A stretch of DNA of 64,000 bases. It comes from the human T2T-CHM13v2.0 reference genome, Homo sapiens. Where the stretch lies: NCBI RefSeq assembly GCF_009914755.1, contig NC_060927.1; one strand, 5' to 3'. Positions 57,511 to 64,000 of the stretch are shown piece after piece; position 1 is the first letter of the stretch, and each line of letters starts with the position of its first letter. The position numbers and the translations under genes are program-made. The notes beneath the pieces were generated by a model. That model did not search any database. It was not told the DNA's origin and saw only the letters and a list, made by a program, of their open reading frames with translations.

Positions 57511-58685
57511 CCTTCTATATGGAATTTTGTTCTCATCTGAATTTTCTTCCCATGTTCTTATTGTCTAGTAACACTCCGTTAAAAAAAATTAATCAGTTCA
57601 AGTACAAGGACTTTCTATAACATTTACATAAGTGAAATGTGAGTTGCATTATTGTGTTTAGTTGGTTTTCTCTCCCCGCTTTACTACGATCCAGTCATTT
57701 CAACAGTGTATTTTAAGATACGTGGTGCCAAAAGTGCATAAACTTCCAGAAACTAACATCTTTGAATTCCCACTATTCAAACCGTGGTCTGAGGGTCAGG
57801 GCCATTCCATTTCCTGGGAGCCTGTGGTGATTGCTGAATTACAAGTCCAGGCAAACTCAATCAAAATCTGTAGGACAACAAGATCCCCAGGTGACTTATT
57901 TGAGAAATCAAGCTTAGAGCAACAGTGCTCTAAACCAAGTATTAGATATAGAACTGTACATGGATCTCAGTAGAAACTGATACAGTGATTAAAAAAAACA
58001 CTTTCCTACAAGTTTCTCTGATGTCTTGTATCTGAAGATGCAGAACATGAAATTAAACTTTCTTGATGACCATTATTAGGATTGTAAACATCTATAATTG
58101 TTCAGCTTTTTCTTCCAAACTTTTCTTTCTTAATGGTTGATTAGAGAAAATTTTGCATTTATTATATATGCCTTGGGTGCCTCCAGCCCCCTGCAGTATT
58201 TATCACCTGAAATGGGCAAATAATCTGTCTCAAAAAAAAACTGTGGAAAAATCTCGAAAATGTAGTCTGCAGGTGCCTTTAAGTTTGGAGGATCCCTTTG
58301 CAAAATAAATATTTAAATATTTTATGAACCCACCTGACAGTAGAGATATATTTGTGTTCATCTCTTTCTAAAACATTCAATGAGTAATACTTTTAAATGA
58401 GTGTGTACATGATTAATCAGATCATCTATATAATTTGGAAAATATTCATATATTTATATGTGTAAGATTTTTTTTCAGTTCTATGAGCAATGCTTGCACA
58501 CATACGGATTCTCAAAGTCCTCGTAGCAACTTCACAACCCACAGATTGAGTGGGAAATACTGGCCTAGAAAAATAATGATTAATAAATTACCATTATAGC
58601 ATACATTTTCCTGTGCAAAAAAATCTAGAGCAGTTGAAGAAGACAAAACATACAAAAACAATCACACAAAGTTGTTTCTGTATGT

Positions 58686-58825
58686 TTTCTTTTAGATACA
58701 GGGTCTCACTCTGTCTGCCAGGCTGGACCACAGTGGCGTGACCGTAGCTCACTGCAGCCTTGAACTCCTGGGCTCATGAGATTCTCCAGCCCCAGCCTCC
58801 CAAGTAGCTGAGATTACAGGGGTGA
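58686..58825 (-). mobile_element. Truncated AluJ/FRAM right arm
   Basis: acagggtctcactctgt...gctcactgcagccttgaactcctgggctca. Confidence 0.85.
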
Positions 58826-58904
58826 CCAAAAAATAATAAATGTGTGACCAAAAAAATTGGTAAATGGTTCATGTCCAACTTCCGAATCTAATTAATAGCC
58901 TATA

Positions 58905-59588
58905 CCAGTGGCTTTTGAACTTGAGTGAGAATCACGTAAAAACTTGATAAAACTACAAAGGCTCAGGCCCTCCCTGTTTTGCCAAACCCCTATTAATTCC
59001 AATAGTGAAGGCACCAGGTTCAAGAAGAGACCCAGAGCCAGCAAAGGAGACCTGGGGTTTTATTAGGGGTTCCATACAGGGGGGAGAGTCCAGTGGCAGT
59101 GGGCTGGACAGGAGAACCAACTTAATTACCAAAATGATCCAGTGGCAACTGGCTGGACAACACATCCACTTTCCTACAGTGCTGACTGACGGGGCAGTAG
59201 AACCCCAACCGCCTGCAAACATCATGAATCAAATATTATATAGCGTTTTCACTTAACACCCTCCCACTAACAACCCCCTCCTGGAAACCTTCATTTAACC
59301 CAAGAACTCAGGGCCTCAATCCCCTATATGCGCCGTGTTAGATGGGACAGGCTGGGGGCTCAAACATTTATCATAGATAAGGAATGAAATCTCCGGGTTG
59401 GCCACTCCTGGATTCCCTAGCTCAGAAAACACATGCAGGTGCATCTGCCATACGGGGTCATTCTCAGGGTGTACTTATGTTATTGCTCTCAGGTGTGTTT
59501 ACCCCACAGTCACCTCAATGAGCCTGGGCCTTTGCCTTCTTAGCTGTCCAGATGGTTTTGACACACATCCATGTTTAAGAATCACTGT
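58905..59588. mobile_element. MER5-type MITE split by LTR47
   Basis: cagtggcttttgaacttgag..agaatcac...; ...ccatgtttaagaatcactg. Confidence 0.55.
58975..59508 (-). mobile_element. LTR47 (ERVL) solo LTR
   Basis: ctccgggttggccactcctggattccctagctc...gtcattctcagggt...ttattgct.tcaggtg.gtttacc..aca. Confidence 0.85.
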
Positions 59589-59605
59589 TCAAGAGCTAGG
59601 CTTCT

Positions 59606-59872
59606 TGCCTGTAATCCATCACTTTGGGAGGCCAAGGCACATGGATTGCTTGAGGCCAGGAGTTCGAGACCAGCCTGGCCAACATGGCGAAACCCCATCT
59701 CTACTAAAAATACAAAAAAATTAGCTGGGTGTGGTGGCATGTGCCTGTAATCCCAGCTACTCAGCAGGCTGAGGCAGAAGAATCACTTGAACCTGGGAGG
59801 TTGCAGTGAGCTGAGATTGCACCACTGCATTCCAGCCTGGGTGTACAGAGTAAGACTCTGTCTCAAAAATAA
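59606..59872 (+). mobile_element. Slightly 5'-truncated Alu inserted at the terminus of MER20
   Basis: 15-bp TSD aagagctagg(c/t)ttct. Confidence 0.93.
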
Positions 59873-59878
59873 AAGAGC

Positions 59879-60119
59879 TAGGTTTCTCAGCCTCAGCACT
59901 GTCAACATTTGGGGCTGAATAATCCTTTGCTGTGGGTCCCTGTCCTGGGCACTGTAGAATTCTTAGCAGCTTTCCTGGTCCCTACCCACCAGATGCCAGT
60001 AGCAACCTTCCCAAATATGCAAACCAAAAATGCCTCCACACGTTGCCCAGTGTCCCTGGCAGGAGAGCAGGAGTGGGGGTATGGGGGTGTGGATGCTCAC
60101 CCCTAATTGAGAAGCACTG
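59879..60119. mobile_element. MER20 hAT MITE
   Basis: ggtttctcagcctcagcact...ccagatgccagtagca...aaccaaaaatg...ttgagaagcactg. Confidence 0.88.
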
Positions 60120-61907
60120 GCTGAACAATATGGATTCTATGTTAGATTCCTAGGATGACATGGGCTTTGGTTGAGATCTGCACAGGACCACCGGAACCAC
60201 AGAGCTGGGTGGCTCTGCTCACCTACACCAAATTCCCTGGGTCCTGCCTGATAGTCGGTATCTACAATTAGCTGTGTCTCTGACTATAAAAAGTTCTAGT
60301 ACATTCTGATCTTGACACATTGAGAGTAACACGGCTGAATGACTCAAATATTACTTCATGGTTTGAGTTCAATTTCGAGGCAACATGCAGGGCTCAGCCA
60401 GACATGTGTCTTAAGTCAAGGCCAGAGTCACATTTGTCACACACAAACCAGACCACTAAATATCTCTTTCAAAAAAAGAAAAAAGTCTTTTCTAAAGCCA
60501 ACTTCCAGTCTATGTTTGAAAATTATATTCCACAAAGATGAAAAACATACATTTTCATTTTGTTTCGAATTAGCACGGTAAACAGCTGGCTCTTTTCTTT
60601 CCAGTGGAGGCCTTAGCTCCATTTGTTAGCTCTGTTTCTGATATTTCACCTATTCTTTATTTACTTAACAGAGTTTGACAGGAAATTCTCAGAGAGATAA
60701 TATATCTCCATTAATAGGGTGACTGGGGGAACATATTCTAAGGTTTCAAGTGGCCTGGAACAATAACTTACATCTTTGACATTTTTGTCAGCTACCATCC
60801 CATTAATAGCATCCAATACCACTTCCCCGCAATCCATGCAGTCTTACAAGTGTTTTGTGGAAAAGCACACTTTTTCTATTTTTCAGAAGATGCAGGCTCA
60901 TTACGCTGTTATCAGCAGATAATGGTGCAAATTAAAAAGGCTTGTGAGAAAGGCCACCTGATCTCCATAAACACAGTCTCCTGACATAAATCAGACTACT
61001 AGAACAAGCGAAAATGAATCAAGCTGGATTTCTGGGTGGATCTAGGGATTTAAGGGTCTATAACGTCTTCCTCCTCAGGGTCACCAATTTGTGTTGAACT
61101 CAAAAGTGTATAAAGAGAAATTTGTTCCCCAAATGAGAAACTTTTCCTCTGTTTTAGTGGGAGGGTGGCTATTGGTGAACAACAGAGAGTATTGTAGGTT
61201 TTTACCAAGAGATAAAAGCATTTTTATGTTGACAAACATAAATGTACTTTCTTCTTTGTAAGACATCAGTAAAAAGCTAAAAAATAAGTCAGAGGTTCAT
61301 CTGTTAGGAATTCCCCTGCCTGCTCAATAGCTTTTTACACCGACATTGCAAAAAAAATCCCAGAATGAATTGAAGCGATGTCTTATATCAATGTTTTCAC
61401 GGCCAAATTATGGAGATCCAGCCTTGCAAGGGAAAGTAAAAAATTTCCCCATCTATCAGATGCTTCTCCAATTACTCATGGCCCCAATTCCGTTTAAGAA
61501 GTGCCTCCAATAATTGATAATGCAAGGGGCATGATATGAGCTAACAATGCAATTTATAGCAGAGAGATAAAACCCAGATAGAAGAACATTTACCTTATAA
61601 TGCTATTAATATAAAAGTAATTATGAGGGTTGGTTCTAATTAGAATGTTCACTTAGAATCAAGATAGAATGGCCAGAATAGTGAGTTTCCTGGTGTTGGA
61701 ACTTCATTCTTTGACTTGAAAGGTTACATGCGTTTTCCAAGTAGGACATTAAAATCTTTATTTTTAAGATGGTGCCATTTAAAAATCAGTCTGAAGTTGA
61801 TTCTCTCCTCCATATCTGTAAAATCATCTATCAAGAGAAAGTATATACTTTGTATGATTTTACACTGTATATTCTATAGCACATGGTCACATATCTAATA
61901 TGTACAC

Positions 61908-62344
61908 ATATTTAGGGGGTTGAATTTATCCCCACCAAAAAGATACCTGCAAGTCCTAACCTCCAATACCTGTGAATGTGACCTTATTTGGAAATAGGGA
62001 CTTTGAAGATGTAATCAAGTTAAAGTGAAATCATACTGGATTAGGGTGGGCCCTGAATTTAATGATTGCTGTCCTTGAAAGGAGACACAAAGCTATATGA
62101 AGATGACAGGAAACACTGGAGTGTGCAGCTACAAGCCAGAGAAAGCCAAGAGTTGCCAGCAACCACAAGAAGCTAGGAGAGAGGCATGGGACAGATTCTT
62201 CCTCAGAGTTTCCAGAAGAAATCGACCCCGCTGACGTCTTGATTTCAGATGCCTGGCCTCCTGAACTGCAGGAGAATACATTTTGTTGTTTTAAGCCATG
62301 TAGTTTGCAGTAATTCATTACAGCAACCCTGGGAAACTAATAAA
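61908..62344 (+). mobile_element. MLT1B/C solo LTR
   Basis: gtcctaacc...acctgtgaatgtgaccttatttggaaataggg...cagcaaccctgggaaactaata. Confidence 0.88.
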
Positions 62345-62995
62345 ACATACATAATTTTTTGGTTCTATTCTTATTACGTATATTTGTGTTCAAAATAAAC
62401 ACATTTTTGATTGAAAACTAAACTTTTTACATACTTAAATGTTTTATAAAATCTATTTGAGACTAAAAAGTAGACATTTCATTCAATCTTAGTGTACGAA
62501 AGATGGTTTCTTTAATTAAAAACCAAATAATATCATTTTCCTTTTGAAAGCTGTTGTTCTAAAAGTCTTCTGGAAACCTGGAACATGATCCCTACCAAAA
62601 AACTAATTAAAAAAAAACACAAACCAAAAATCTAAAAGAGCTCTGATTGCCTAAAATAATTGTCATGTAGGTGTCACAGCTCTGTCCTCTGAACTTAGTT
62701 TTTGCAACTTCATTCAATAATTGTTGACTCTTATTTAACAAATATTTCTAACAGATTATTTGCCCATTTCAGGTGATAAATACTGCAGGGGGCTGGAGGC
62801 ACCCAAGGCATATATAATAAATGCAAAATTTTCTCTAATCAACCATTAAGAAAGAAAAGTTTGGAAGAAAAAGCTGAACAATTATAGATGTTTATAATCC
62901 TAATAATGGTCATCAAGAAAATCTAATTTCATGTTCTGCATCTTCAGATACAAGACATCAGAGAAACTTGTAGGAAAGGGTCTATCGGAACTCAT

Positions 62996-64000
<1,005 letters not shown>

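Noticed and set aside
59089-59160. Repeat-spacer-like pair tccagtggca..ggctggaca
   Set aside because: Only two copies, internal to LTR47; not a CRISPR-like array.

Overview
Primate (very probably human) non-coding DNA, either intergenic or deep intronic. I find no credible host protein-coding exon, tRNA, rRNA or CRISPR array. Much of the window is interspersed repeat: about 16 Alus or Alu monomers, two 5'-truncated or partial L1PA copies (the only ORFs with recognisable protein homology, L1 ORF2), older L1M/L2/MIR fragments, many MaLR solo LTRs (THE1/MST/MLT1), ERV1/ERVL LTRs (LTR2, MER39, LTR47) and hAT/TcMar DNA-transposon relics. Subfamily names come from my recall of consensus sequences and need RepeatMasker/Dfam confirmation; I could not place the locus on a chromosome. 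I cannot support a previously undescribed biological system. The best leads are: (1) a unique CpG-rich element at about 22.6-23.0 kb carrying the same three-motif module twice; (2) an ancient 1.8-kb two-LTR mini-provirus with PBS and PPT, just downstream of a CpG-rich LTR2; (3) an L1PA with no TSD bridging two half-Alus, a probable deletion scar; (4) an unexplained ~149-bp diverged direct repeat; (5) a MADE1 (miR-548-type) hairpin; (6) a strong + strand bias of the LTRs.
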